Assembly: GCA_951406725.2 (NCBI GenBank)
Contig: OX597817.1
Location: forward strand, 48,484,001-48,548,000
Direction of reading: 5' to 3'
From: Octopus vulgaris
Taxonomy: Eukaryota
Length of the DNA: 64,000 bases
Below are positions 40,846 through 53,325 of the stretch, piece by piece (position 1 is the first letter of the stretch; each line of letters starts with the position of its first letter). Position numbers and translations under genes: made by a program. Under the pieces are notes generated by a model, which saw only the letters and a program-made list of their open reading frames with translations, made no database searches and was not told where the DNA came from.

Positions 40846-40899
<54 letters not shown>

Positions 40900-41012
40900 A
40901 TATATATATGTGTGTGTGTGTATATGCCTGTATACCTCTGTGTAGATGTATGTATATGGGTGTGCGTACGGATGTATATGTATGTGTATGTAGATGTGTG
41001 TGTATGTATATG

Positions 41013-41063
<51 letters not shown>

Positions 41064-41810
41064 GTGTGTATATATGTGTATGTGTATATGTATGTATATA
41101 TGTATGGGTATATATGTGTATATGTATGTATGTGTATGTGTGTATATGTATGGACTTGTTGAGTTTCTTTTTTCATATATGTAGATAGATGTGTGTGCGT
41201 GTATGTGCGTAGATATGCATATGTGTATTAGTATGCGCATGTGTTTATATATGTGTATGTATATGTAGGTATATGCGTACGTGTATGTGTGTATATATAT
41301 ATATATATGTATATATATGTATATATATGTATATGTATATATATGTGTATATGTATATTTGTGTATATATATGGACTAGTCTTCTTTGTGTGTGTAGATG
41401 TATGTGTATGCGTGTAGATATGAATTTGTAGGTACGTGTACGTATGTGTATATACGTGCATGTATGTATATGTATGTGTGTAGGTAGATATATGTAGGTA
41501 TGCTTTTATGTACACGTGTATGCGTGCATGTGTGCAAATATGTACTTACAGGCGTATGGATGCGTATATATGCGTATGTATGCTTATATGCACAAATGTC
41601 TGTATATAGGCATATGCGTCTATACATGCGGGCAGAGGTTCATGTGTGTTTATGTGTACGGAAGTACATTTATATATGTGGTTTTGTGTGTACATAGTTA
41701 TATGTGAAATTCGGTACACTTATGTATGTATGAATATAACACGTGCGTCTGTGTATGTGTATGAGTGTGCGTGTGAGTGTGTATGCGTGTGTGAGTGTTT
41801 GTGTTCGTAT
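40240..41810. repeat. 1.6-kb degenerate TA/TG alternating purine-pyrimidine tract
   Basis: Directly visible; lies immediately 3' of the GIY-YIG fragment. Confidence 0.9.
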
Positions 41811-42041
41811 CAGTGGGAAGGAAGATAGAAAGGAAGGGAGAGGGGCAATAAATGGATTCTTTAGGCCAGCTAGGCTAGATCCCTTGGGAGAACCCTACTT
41901 CAGTGCCGGCCTGGTTGGTGGAGGTCAAAATAAAAACAAAAATAAAAGTAAAAATGAATATAAAAATAAAATGAAAAAAAGGGAAGAAATGTGTGTGAAT
42001 GTGTGTGCATGTATATGCATATGTATGTGTATGTATATATG

Positions 42042-42119
<78 letters not shown>

Positions 42120-42130
42120 TGTGTGTATGA

Positions 42131-42162
<32 letters not shown>

Positions 42163-42687
42163 TTGTAAAAAATGAAGTTCGAAAATGCTGCTGTATTATA
42201 CAATTTTTAATTTTTATATATACATTATAACATGTTTCAGTTCCTGAAATGAACTTTATCAAAAAAAGTTATATATAAAAAAAGACAGCTCATGCCGTCA
42301 AACACAAGAAATTCATTTATAATACACAACGGAGTCAGACATCTTAGAGTTCATGTATAGTTGATATATAGTTCATGTATAGTTGATATATAGTTTGAAG
42401 TATATGTTCAAAGTGTTCGATGCAGTGGCCCACGGTGGCGATACGTATTCAATACAAAAAACAGATCAAAGTGGTGGAAAGCGGTCAATACAGAAGATTG
42501 ATGTTTCCGAAAGAGCGAGGAATTCATTTTTACCTTAAGCAAATGTGATGACCCATGGTGGATGTTCGCTGGGTGGTTCTAATGAGTTTTTGTGAAGTGC
42601 TCGGTTTTATAATGCCTGTTAGGTGGTCAATCCAGTGTAGCGTGACGTCATCAACGTTTTGACCAATCGTTTCGTTAGGTGGCTTTA

Positions 42688-42900
42688 GTCAAGTAGAACG
42701 GGACGTCATCATTATTTTGACCAATCGCTGCATTATAACTGCCTCTTGTTTGTTTCCTGTTTTGACCAGTCGCTTCGTTAGTCAAGTAGAACGGGACGTC
42801 ATCATTATTTTGACCAATCGCTGCATTATAACTGCCTCTTGTTTGTTTCCTGTTTTGACCAGTCGCTTCGTTAATCAAGCAGAACGGGACGTCATGCAGA
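42688..42900 (+). repeat. 93-bp minisatellite (~2.3 units) rich in GACGTCA and CCAAT
   Basis: Units start at 42688, 42781 and 42874. Confidence 0.85.
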
Positions 42901-43247
42901 TTCTGCCCAATCACGACTTATAGCTACATTAGATCTGCCCCCTGTCTGTACTTGTTAGGCGACTATTCAAGCAGAAAAGGACGTCATCAATATTCTGACT
43001 AATGACTGTCCCCTGTTTGTATCCTGTCCATTCTAGCTGAGCTAGACGTCATATATATATATATAGATATGTGAGCGTGTGTATATGGGGGTGTATATCC
43101 TCTTTTATATTTGTTTTTATATTTATTTATTTTTATATATATGTGTGTAGATATATGTGTGTATGTATGAGTATGGGTATGGGTGTGTACGTAGATGTAT
43201 GTAAATGGGGGCATATGTACATGTGTATATGGATGTATGTGTATGTA

Positions 43248-43300
<53 letters not shown>

Positions 43301-43522
43301 GTGTATGTATATATATATATATGTGTGTGTGTGTATGTATGTGTGTGTGTATATGTATATATATATATACCAATTAAGGACTGAACACGAAAAGTGGACA
43401 GTCAACATGCTAGATATAGACGTCAAATCGTCATTCTCCACAAAAGATTATGTTCTCAGATCAAACTCAACACAAAACCATAGCAATAAACAAGTGAAAA
43501 ATATACGAAATAAAATAATTAC

Positions 43523-43587
43523 CCATGTACTAACTTAGTTTCAGCTGTTATTTTCCGCAAGGAAAACTGCAGCCATCATCAGCATGG
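43523..43587 (-). ncRNA. Type I hammerhead ribozyme (copies also at 44028-44092, 44533-44597 and 45038-45102)
   Basis: Reverse complement of the 45403-45467 motif. Confidence 0.85.
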
Positions 43588-45402
43588 TCCGTTATAAATG
43601 TAATTTGCTGGACTAAATGCAAACACGATACCGAAATATCGCGTGCATGGAGTTCAGCCTATTACATTTGAATATATCTTTCAAATGCCTTTACTTTGGC
43701 GCGTTGAGACCCGAGAAAACTAGCCTGCAGCTAATAATTAGCAGCAGTTAATTTATCGGTTAGAGAACATTTATTTATATAAAATTAATTAAGGGTAGAA
43801 ATTGATATTTATCAATTAAGACCAGTGGTCTAGCATATTAAAAAAGAATCCGAAGATTAAAATATTTATATATACCAATTAAGGACTGAACACGAAAAGT
43901 GGACAGTCAACATGCTAGATATAGACGTCAAATCGTCATTCTCCACAAAAGATTATGTTCTCAGATCAAACTCAACACAAAACCATAGCAATAAACAAGT
44001 GAAAAATATACGAAATAAAATAATTACCCATGTACTAACTTAGTTTCAGCTGTTATTTTCCGCAAGGAAAACTGCAGCCATCATCAGCATGGTCCGTTAT
44101 AAATGTAATTTGCTGGACTAAATGCAAACACGATACCGAAATATCGCGTGCATGGAGTTCAGCCTATTACATTTGAATATATCTTTCAAATGCCTTTACT
44201 TTGGCGCGTTGAGACCCGAGAAAACTAGCCTGCAGCTAATAATTAGCAGCAGTTAATTTATCGGTTAGAGAACATTTATTTATATAAAATTAATTAAGGG
44301 TAGAAAGTGATATTTATCAATTAAGACCAGTGGTCTAGCATATTAAAAAAGAATCCGAAGATTAAAATATTTATATATACCAATTAAGGACTGAACACGA
44401 AAAGTGGACAGTCAACATGCTAGATATAGACGTCAAATCGTCATTCTCCACAAAAGATTATGTTCTCAGATCAAACTCAACACAAAACCATAGCAATAAA
44501 CAAGTGAAAAATATACGAAATAAAATAATTACCCATGTACTAACTTAGTTTCAGCTGTTATTTTCCGCAAGGAAAACTGCAGCCATCATCAGCATGGTCC
44601 GTTATAAATGTAATTTGCTGGACTAAATGCAAACACGATACCGAAATATCGCGTGCATGGAGTTCAGCCTATTACATTTGAATATATCTTTCAAATGCCT
44701 TTACTTTGGCGCGTTGAGACCCGAGAAAACTAGCCTGCAGCTAATAATTAGCAGCAGTTAATTTATCGGTTAGAGAACATTTATTTATATAAAATTAATT
44801 AAGGGTAGAAATTGATATTTATCAATTAAGACCAGTGGTCTAGCATATTAAAAAAGAATCCGAAGATTAAAATATTTATATATACCAATTAAGGACTGAA
44901 CACGAAAAGTGGACAGTCAACATGCTAGATATAGACGTCAAATCGTCATTCTCCACAAAAGATTATGTTCTCAGATCAAACTCAACACAAAACCATAGCA
45001 ATAAACAAGTGAAAAATATACGAAATAAAATAATTACCCATGTACTAACTTAGTTTCAGCTGTTATTTTCCGCAAGGAAAACTGCAGCCATCATCAGCAT
45101 GGTCCGTTATAAATGTAATTTGCTGGACTAAATGCAAACACGATACCGAAATATCGCGTGCATGGAGTTCAGCCTATTACATTTGAATATATCTTTCAAA
45201 TGCCTTTACTTTGGCGCGTTGAGACCTGCAGCTAATAATTAGCAGCAGTTAATTATTAGCTGCAGGCTAGTTTTCTCGGGTCTCAACGCGCCAAAGTAAA
45301 GGCATTTGAAAGATATATTCAAATGTAATAGGCTGAACTCCATGCACGCGATATTTCGGTATCGTGTTTGCATTTAGTCCAGCAAATTACATTTATAACG
45401 GA

Positions 45403-45467
45403 CCATGCTGATGATGGCTGCAGTTTTCCTTGCGGAAAATAACAGCTGAAACTAAGTTAGTACATGG
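45403..45467 (+). ncRNA. Type I hammerhead ribozyme (copies also at 45908-45972 and 46412-46476)
   Basis: Stem I ccatg/catgg; CTGATGA plus an extra T; stem II ggctg/cagct enclosing ttttcc-ttgc-ggaaaa; GAAA; stem III ACTA-AGT-TAGT; GUA triplet at 45460-45462. Confidence 0.85.
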
Positions 45468-46928
45468 GTAATTATTTTATTTCGTATATTTTTCACTTGT
45501 TTATTGCTATGGTTTTGTGTTGAGTTTGATCTGAGAACATAATCTTTTGTGGAGAATGACGATTTGACGTCTATATCTAGCATGTTGACTGTCCACTTTT
45601 CGTGTTCAGTCCTTAATTGGTATATATAAATATTTTAATCTTCGGATTCTTTTTTAATATGCTAGACCACTGGTCTTAATTGATAAATATCAATTTCTAC
45701 CCTTAATTAATTTTATATAAATAAATTTTCTGTAACCGATAAATTAACTGCTGCTAATTATTAGCTGCAGGCTAGTTTTCTCGGGTCTCAACGCGCCAAA
45801 GTAAAGGCATTTGAAAGATATATTCAAATGTAATAGGCTGAACTCCATGCACGCGATATTTCGGTATCGTGTTTGCATTTAGTCCAGCAAATTACATTTA
45901 TAACGGACCATGCTGATGATGGCTGCAGTTTTCCTTGCGGAAAATAACAGCTGAAACTAAGTTAGTACATGGGTAATTATTTTATTTCGTATATTTTTCA
46001 CTTGTTTATTGCTATGGTTTTGTGTTGAGTTTGATCTGAGAACATAATCTTTTGTGGAGAATGACGATTTGACGTCTATATCTAGCATGTTGACTGTCCA
46101 CTTTTCGTGTTCAGTCCTTAATTGGTATATATAAATATTTTAATCTTCGGATTCTTTTTAATATGCTAGACCACTGGTCTTAATTGATAAATATCAATTT
46201 CTACCCTTAATTAATTTTATATAAATAAATTTTCTGTAACCGATAAATTAACTGCTGCTAATTATTAGCTGCAGGCTAGTTTTCTCGGGTCTCAACGCGC
46301 CAAAGTAAAGGCATTTGAAAGATATATTCAAATGTAATAGGCTGAACTCCATGCACGCGATATTTCGGTATCGTGTTTGCATTTAGTCCAGCAAATTACA
46401 TTTATAACGGACCATGCTGATGATGGCTGCAGTTTTCCTTGCGGAAAATAACAGCTGAAACTAAGTTAGTACATGGGTAATTATTTTATTTCGTATATTT
46501 TTCACTTGTTTATTGCTATGGTTTTGTGTTGAGTTTGATCTGAGAACATAATCTTTTGTGGAGAATGACGATTTGACGTCTATATCTAGCATGTTGACTG
46601 TCCACTTTTCGTGTTCAGTCCTTAATTGGTATATATAAATATTTTAATCTTCGGATTCTTTTTTAATATGCTAGACCACTGGTCTTAATTGATAAATATC
46701 AATTTCTACCCTTAATTAATTTTATATAAATTTTGTATATATATATATGTATAAGTGAGAGTCTCCTTATTTACCTAAACTCTATTATTCAATTTATTCT
46801 TTTATCTACTTTATCACTGATTCCCCTAAGAATGATAGTTTGCGCCATGCCTACCCCCAAAAAGTCCCCCACCACCACCCCTTTAAACCTGCCTAAATGT
46901 ATAAATGCCAAAACTATTCTTGTCACCT

Positions 46929-46979
46929 AGCTTCCTGATGATTTCTTTTGAATGAAACAGTTCTAGTCCTGTAGAAGCT
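46929..46979 (+). ncRNA. Minimal type I hammerhead in a Penelope-like pseudo-LTR
   Basis: agcttc CTGATGA t-ttc-tttt-gaa-t GAAA cag-ttctagtc-ctg TA gaagct: 6-bp stem I, GUA triplet. Confidence 0.8.
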
Positions 46980-47061
46980 CCTTCTATAAAATAAATTAAT
47001 TTACTCTGCTATGTATTGAGTACCTTATTTACTGTGGTTAACACCGACTCAACCCGGGACC

Positions 47062-47228
<167 letters not shown>

Positions 47229-47233
47229 GTCTG

Positions 47234-47296
<63 letters not shown>

Positions 47297-47739
47297 GTTT
47301 ATTCGGATACCTGATGTTGAATTTTAAATCTTCTGACCTAGACGCTGCAGGTTATAGCCTGTTGTACAGCAGTTACAAGGCCACAAAATATATTAGAATA
47401 ACCGCATGGAATGTTAATACGATTGAAATGACATTATAAAAGCACGTGTAAGATTTATAAGCGTAACAAGGTAAGCTTGGATATTTACGCAATTCATCAA
47501 ACGATGTTTATAAGAAAAAAAGACGTCTACTGAAAGACAAGTGATTTCAGAGTCGACAGTGACCGATTTCAGGAAGTTATGGTAACGAGGAATGTGTGCC
47601 CTTTCTGTGTGTCATTTCTGTAACCCGCAAAGAGCAAACATTCCATTATTATAAGATTTACATTTCCTAAACGTTTATTAAACCAAATGGTAAAACAACC
47701 ATCGTTATGACTGATATTTAATTCTGGATAAGATATTAT

Positions 47740-47917
47740 AGGCGCAGGAGTGACTGTGTGGTAAGTAGCTTGTTTACCAACCACATGGTTCGGGGTTCAG
47801 TCCCACTGCGTAGCATCTTGGGCAAGTGTCTTCTATCATAGCCTCGGGCCGACCAAAGCCTTGTGAGTGGATTTGGTAGACGGAAACTGAAAGAATCCCG
47901 TCGTGTATTTATATGAA

Positions 47918-47965
<48 letters not shown>

Positions 47966-48185
47966 TGTGTCTGTGTTTGTCCCCCTCCCACAACATCGCT
48001 TGACAACCGATGCTGGTGTGTTTACTCCCCGTCACTTAGCGGTTCGGCAAGAGAACCGATAAGTACTAGGCTTACAAAGAATAAGTCCTGGGATCGATTT
48101 GCTCGACTAAAGGCGGTGCTCCAGCATGGCCGCAGTCAAATGACTGAAACAAATAAAAGAATAAAACGACTAAAAGAATAAAAGA
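47740..48185 (+). mobile_element. SINE family B (tRNA head, CORE-like ttgggcaagtg, internal TA/TG microsatellite, LINE-like tail)
   Basis: ggcgcaggagtg.ctgtgtggtaag (A box), gggttcagtccc (B box), tail ggcggtgctccagcatggccgcagtcaaatgactgaaac followed by an A-rich repeat. Confidence 0.9.
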
Positions 48186-48599
48186 ATATGATGTCGCAGG
48201 CATAGCTGTGTGGTTTAGGGGTTCGCTTTGAAACCACGTTCTTTTGAGTTCAGTCCCACTTCGCGGCACCTTGGGCAAGTGTCTTCTATTATAGCCTGGG
48301 GCCGACCAATACATTGTGAGTGAATTCGATTGACGGAAACTGCGTGGAAGCCCGTCCTGTGTGTGTTCATGTGTCGTTGTCTTTGCATTTGTCCTCCAGC
48401 ACCAGTAGGTAACCAGTGCTGGTTGTTCACATCCCCGTAACTTAGCGATTCGGCGAAAACAACCGATATAATAATTACTGGGCTGAAAATAAGATTTATT
48501 CGACCAAACACTCCAGGGCAGTAGCCCAGCATAGTCGCAGTCCAGTGACTGTGAGCAAGTAAACGATGAAGGCTAAAGATACGATTTTTATTTTTTATG

Positions 48600-48903
48600 C
48601 GCCCTTTTCAAGCCTAGCCAGGCTCATGGGCCCGGTTTCCCGGTTTATGTGGCGTATGTGTTCCCTCCAGCTGGACGGGACGCTAGTCCATCGCAGAGTT
48701 ACTAAAAAAAACAGGAAGAGAGAGTGAGAGAAAGTTGGGGTGAAAGAATACAACAGAGGCCGCCACCACCCCCTGCTGGAGCCTCATGGAACTTGTAGGT
48801 GTTTTCGCTCAATAAACACACACATCGCTCGGTCTGGGAATCGAAACCGCGATCCTCCGACCGCGAGTCCGCTGCCCTAACCACTGGGCCATTACGCCTC
48901 CAC
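48600..48903 (-). mobile_element. SINE family C variant with a different 3' half (also 10440-10718 with TSD atatcaaattgt; head only at 12435-12540)
   Basis: Family C head and body joined to ctgcgatggactagcgtcccgtccag...ccgggaaaccgggcccatgagcc. Confidence 0.8.
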
Positions 48904-49406
48904 TAAAGATACGAACAACACCAAATTCCTGACGAATGAATTAAAGAAAAAGCGACGAAGAAGAGATACTTATTTCCCCACCCGATTTTCATCAACATGA
49001 AAATATAATTTTATAGTGATGTTCGAGAAGGATTTTTTTATGGGCGTAGATGAGAGGAGGGGACACTGTCTGTGACTTGTGCAGATATTTGAGATTAATA
49101 CAACTGATGTTTAATTTGAACAACTGCAAATCAACACCACTGTGGAAAACGTTTGTTGAAAAGAGCCAACGAACGGGCCTTCCCCTTGCAGCTGCTTGAG
49201 TTGCAGCATTTGCCACTAAATCTCCTTAAAAAATTATGCACCGTTATCAATAGGCACAGGCGTAGCTGTGTGTGATAAGAAGCTTGATTCTCAAGTACAT
49301 GGTTCCGGGTTCAGTTCTATTGCGTGACACCTTGGTCTTCTACTATAGCCTCGGCTCGACCAATGCCTTGTGAGTGGATTTGTTGAAGGAAATTCAAAGA
49401 AGCTCG

Positions 49407-49437
<31 letters not shown>

Positions 49438-49533
49438 TCTTTGAGTCACAGGAGAAGGCACTACTTGAAACCCTTGGTGATTTGTTATTGTATGCTTTCA
49501 AGTAAAGAATAAACGGTAATTAAGAACTATCTA

Positions 49534-49632
<99 letters not shown>

Positions 49633-49687
49633 TAATAAAAATAACAACAAAATAACAACAGCAACAATAATAATAATTTATACTAAA

Positions 49688-50580
49688 GGCATAAGGCCTG
49701 AAATTTTTTGGAGGGGACCAGATTACATCGACCGCAGTGTTTCAGTGGTACTTAATTTATCGACCCTGAAAGAATGAAAGGCAAAGTCGATATCAGAGGA
49801 ATTTGAACTGAGAACGTAAAGCCGGAAAAAAAAACCGTTAAGAATTTCGTCCGTCTTTACGTTCTAATTCAAATTCCGCCATGGTCATTTTGCCTTTCAT
49901 CCTTTCAGGGTCGATTAAGTAAGTACCAGTTGGGGTCGATGTAACTGATTAACACCTTCCTCCAAAATTTCTGGCCTTGTGCCAGTGGTAGACTGGAGGT
50001 GAGCTGGCAGAATCGTTAGCGCGCCGGACGAAGTGCTTAGCGGTATTTCGCCCGTCGAGGCGGCGAGCTGGCAGAAACGTTAGCACACCGGGCGAAATGC
50101 CTAGCGGTATTTCGTCTGCCGTTACGTTCTGAGTTCAAATTCCGCCGAGGTCGACTTTGCCTTTCATCCTTTCGGGGTCGATTAAATAAGTACCATTTAC
50201 GCACTGGGGTCGATAAAATCGACTTAATCCGTCTGTCTGAACCTGTTTGTCCTCTCTGAGTTTAGCCCCTTGTGGGTAGTAAAGAAATGGGTATTTCGCC
50301 CGTCGCTACGTTCTCAGTTCAGATTCCACCAAAGTCTACTTTACCTTTCATCCTTTCGGGGTCGATACTATAAGTACCAGTAGAACACTTGGGTCGATGT
50401 AATCGACTCATCCCCTCCCCCAAAATTGTTGCCCTTGTAGCAATATTTTAAACCATTATTATCATTATTAAGGCGGTGAACTGGCAGAATTGTTATCGTG
50501 CCGGAGAAAATGCTTTGCAGGTTTACATCCAACTTTACGTTCTGAACTGAAATGTCAACGAGGTCGACTTTGCCCATTTT
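49688..50580. mobile_element. Cluster of SINE family A copies, including a head-to-head inverted pair
   Basis: 49688-49850 (-) followed by 49845-49990 (+), then further + copies at 49997, 50057, 50290 and 50470. Confidence 0.85.
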
Positions 50581-51025
50581 CCTTTTATCGTTGTTGCTGT
50601 TATTATTATTGTCGTTATTGATATCAGGTTGGCACTGTATTATTAGGTAGATCCTTCTGCTCCTGAAGTCATTATATTTTGCGAACGTTGACCTATGTTA
50701 GTAAACTACGTCAATTCCGCTTTGTTCTGGGATGTGGGCGGAATTGATTTATTGCTTGTGATGCTATTTTATTTGTTCTTCCGTTGTATGGAGCTATGCT
50801 TTGCATCCTTTTTTCTCTTGCAGTACACTTATATCTTTTTCGAAATTCAGCGGTACACCTGAACTAAAAATATAACTAAAAATATAGGGAAAAAAATTAT
50901 ATTCAGGTTACACTGCGGTACACCTAACATCATTGAACACGAACAAATTGCTGTTAAGCATTTTGCCCGTGTTGGTTACATAAGAGTGTGTTCTGTTGCT
51001 TCATTTGTTTTGTTCTTACTGAGTA

Positions 51026-51295
51026 CGAGGTCTGATTAATAAGTATCCGGACTACTGCCATAGTAACGAAGCTAAAGCACGCAGCAGAGTGAAGTCGCAT
51101 GGCACTAAGTTTTAACGCTCTAGTTCGCTTCCGCTGTTTACAGCGGTGCTTGGAAGGAATGTGTATAACGTGTGATCATCGCATTGACAATGACAGAGAA
51201 AGTTGTCATGGCGATACTTGAAACCTTTGGTGATTTGTTATTGCATGCTTTCAAGTAAAGAATAACCGGTAATTAAGAACTATCCGTGAGTCTTC

Positions 51296-51330
<35 letters not shown>

Positions 51331-51335
51331 TGATG

Positions 51336-51392
<57 letters not shown>

Positions 51393-51416
51393 TTAATAAT
51401 AATGATAATAATAATG

Positions 51417-51496
<80 letters not shown>

Positions 51497-52213
51497 AAGA
51501 ATTTCTACTGATGGCACAAGGCCTGATATTCTCAGTGAGAGGCCTACGCAAAGTTGCAGAAAGTGTATGGAGAGGAGTGTATGAGATATACACAAGTGTA
51601 TGAGGGGTTCAGAGGTTTCCAATATGATAAAAAAAAAAAAGATATGTCGATATTGACAAACGCTCTGGGAGACAAGCTTCCAGCAGAACTGAGAAGGACA
51701 TCGCAGATATGCTTGCAGGTGTGAGGGGAAATCGTCGAATCAACATCCGTAAGTTGTCAGGGGATTTGCAGATTAGTTACGATTCAGTTCAGTTCATTAT
51801 CACTGAAGACTTGGGTATGAGACACGTGTCTGCCAAGTTTGTGCCAAAACTGCTTTCAGCTGACCAAAAGGACACTCGGGTTTCCGTTGCACAAAGATCT
51901 CCTTGACTGTGTCGAGAACGATGGAAACTATTTGAAATGTTTGTGTAGGCCTCTGGGCAAGTATCGCCAGGTTTTTGGCAAAATTTTATGCAGATTCTCT
52001 GCTCAACTTTCTCTGTCATAGTCAATGCGACGATCACACGCTACACACCTTTCTTCCAAGCACTGCTGTAAACAGTGGAAGTGAGCTAGAATGTTAAAAC
52101 TTAGTACACATATACAACAGAGTTCAAGGTCAATCTGTGCCAAGCAGCTTCACTCAGCGTGCCTTAGCTTCGTTACTATAGCAACAGTCCGGATACTTAT
52201 TGATAAAACCACG
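51026..52213. mobile_element. Mariner derivative with two inverted left ends and a transposase N-terminal fragment
   Basis: 51026-51205 is the inverted repeat of ~52003-52213, with TA at both ends. Peptides MTEKVEQRICIKFC, EAYAKLQKVYGEEC, RSGR, IITEDLGMRHVSAKFVPKLL. Confidence 0.8.
51206..51470 (+). mobile_element. Non-LTR retroelement 3' tail followed by (TAA)n (copy at 49460-49630)
   Basis: tacttgaaacc.ttggtgatttgttattg.atgctttcaagtaaagaataa.cggtaattaagaactatc precedes a trinucleotide tract in both copies. Confidence 0.55.
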
Positions 52214-52417
52214 TATGTGCAATGTTTGTACTGCTGTTTTTTATTGGTTGCTTATCGTATTAGAGCATGTGTTGTTTGCAGAGAATGTTCTGCTTGAATT
52301 GTGTGATTGAATTGATAGAGATTTATGTGGAATGTGGGCCATACATAGTAGAGTTATTTTGGGGAACTGTGTGTAACGTTGAGAGCTCGTAATGGCTTCT
52401 ATATTTTTGTTCATACT

Positions 52418-52650
52418 AAGGCGGCGAGCTAGCAGAATCGTTAGCACGCCGGGCGAAATGCTTAGCCGTATTTCGTCTGCCGTTACGTTCTGAGTTCAAA
52501 TTCTGCCGAGGTCGACTTTGCCTTTCATTCTTTCGGGGTCGATAAAATAAGTACCAGTTACGCACTGGGGTCGATATAATCGACTTAATCCGTTTGTCTG
52601 TCCTTGTTGGTCCTCTCTGTGTTTAGCCCCTTGTGGGTAGTAAAGAAATA
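52418..52650 (+). mobile_element. SINE family A
   Basis: Full-length family match. Confidence 0.85.
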
Positions 52651-53325
52651 GGTATATTTTCATATTATTTATTGTCCATTTCCACGTCGAGGTGTAAATA
52701 TATTGTCTGGTGGATATTATTGTTGACTCGGCCATATCTGCGTCTATACTCGGACTTGGTAAGGACTGAGCAAGTAGGAGATTAGCTCGACAGTTTCATT
52801 GTACCGGTTACATTATACACTATCTGCAATAGTTGCATCCTCCTTCATTATATATTTTTGTAACTGTTTTTGTGCAGCTAGTGTCAGACATTCAAATTTT
52901 GGCTTACTTCCTCTCTGTCGGGTTTTAGATTCAATTTAAATTAAAATAATGGGTCATAGACTGCTGTATGTATATAGGTAATAGGTAATTCACACCAACA
53001 TATACAATGTATACAGTAATATTTCCCCCTCTTTTTATGACAAATAAATTGTAATTTTACGTCTAAATAATATAATTTACTTCGTAATGTGAGTGTATTA
53101 CCCGTCATTTAACCCTAAAACAGCTAGCAACAAATACATATATTATTTCTATTAGTGCACCAAAACGAGATAAAAACTTTTTGAAAGTGAAGCAAAATAG
53201 AACCAAGCTATGTACAAATATACATGCAATATTTTAATTTTTCTCTCTCAAGAAAGAAGCGGAGCTTGCATGCGGGTACACACATTTTCGGACAAAGAAT
53301 TCAAATGAGTTAAGATCCGTAAATA

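Larger units (their letters stand above)
43365..46731. mobile_element. Palindromic tandem array of a 505-bp hammerhead-containing repeat (~3.7 units on -, ~2.9 units on +)
   Basis: ccaattaagg at 43370, 43875, 44380 and 44885; its reverse complement ends at 45620, 46125 and 46629. Inversion centre is the loop gcagcagt at 45242-45249. Confidence 0.9.

Noticed and set aside
42400-42540. Peptide ending SERARNSFLP as a LINE RT C-terminus
   Set aside because: Only a short motif resemblance; insufficient to annotate.
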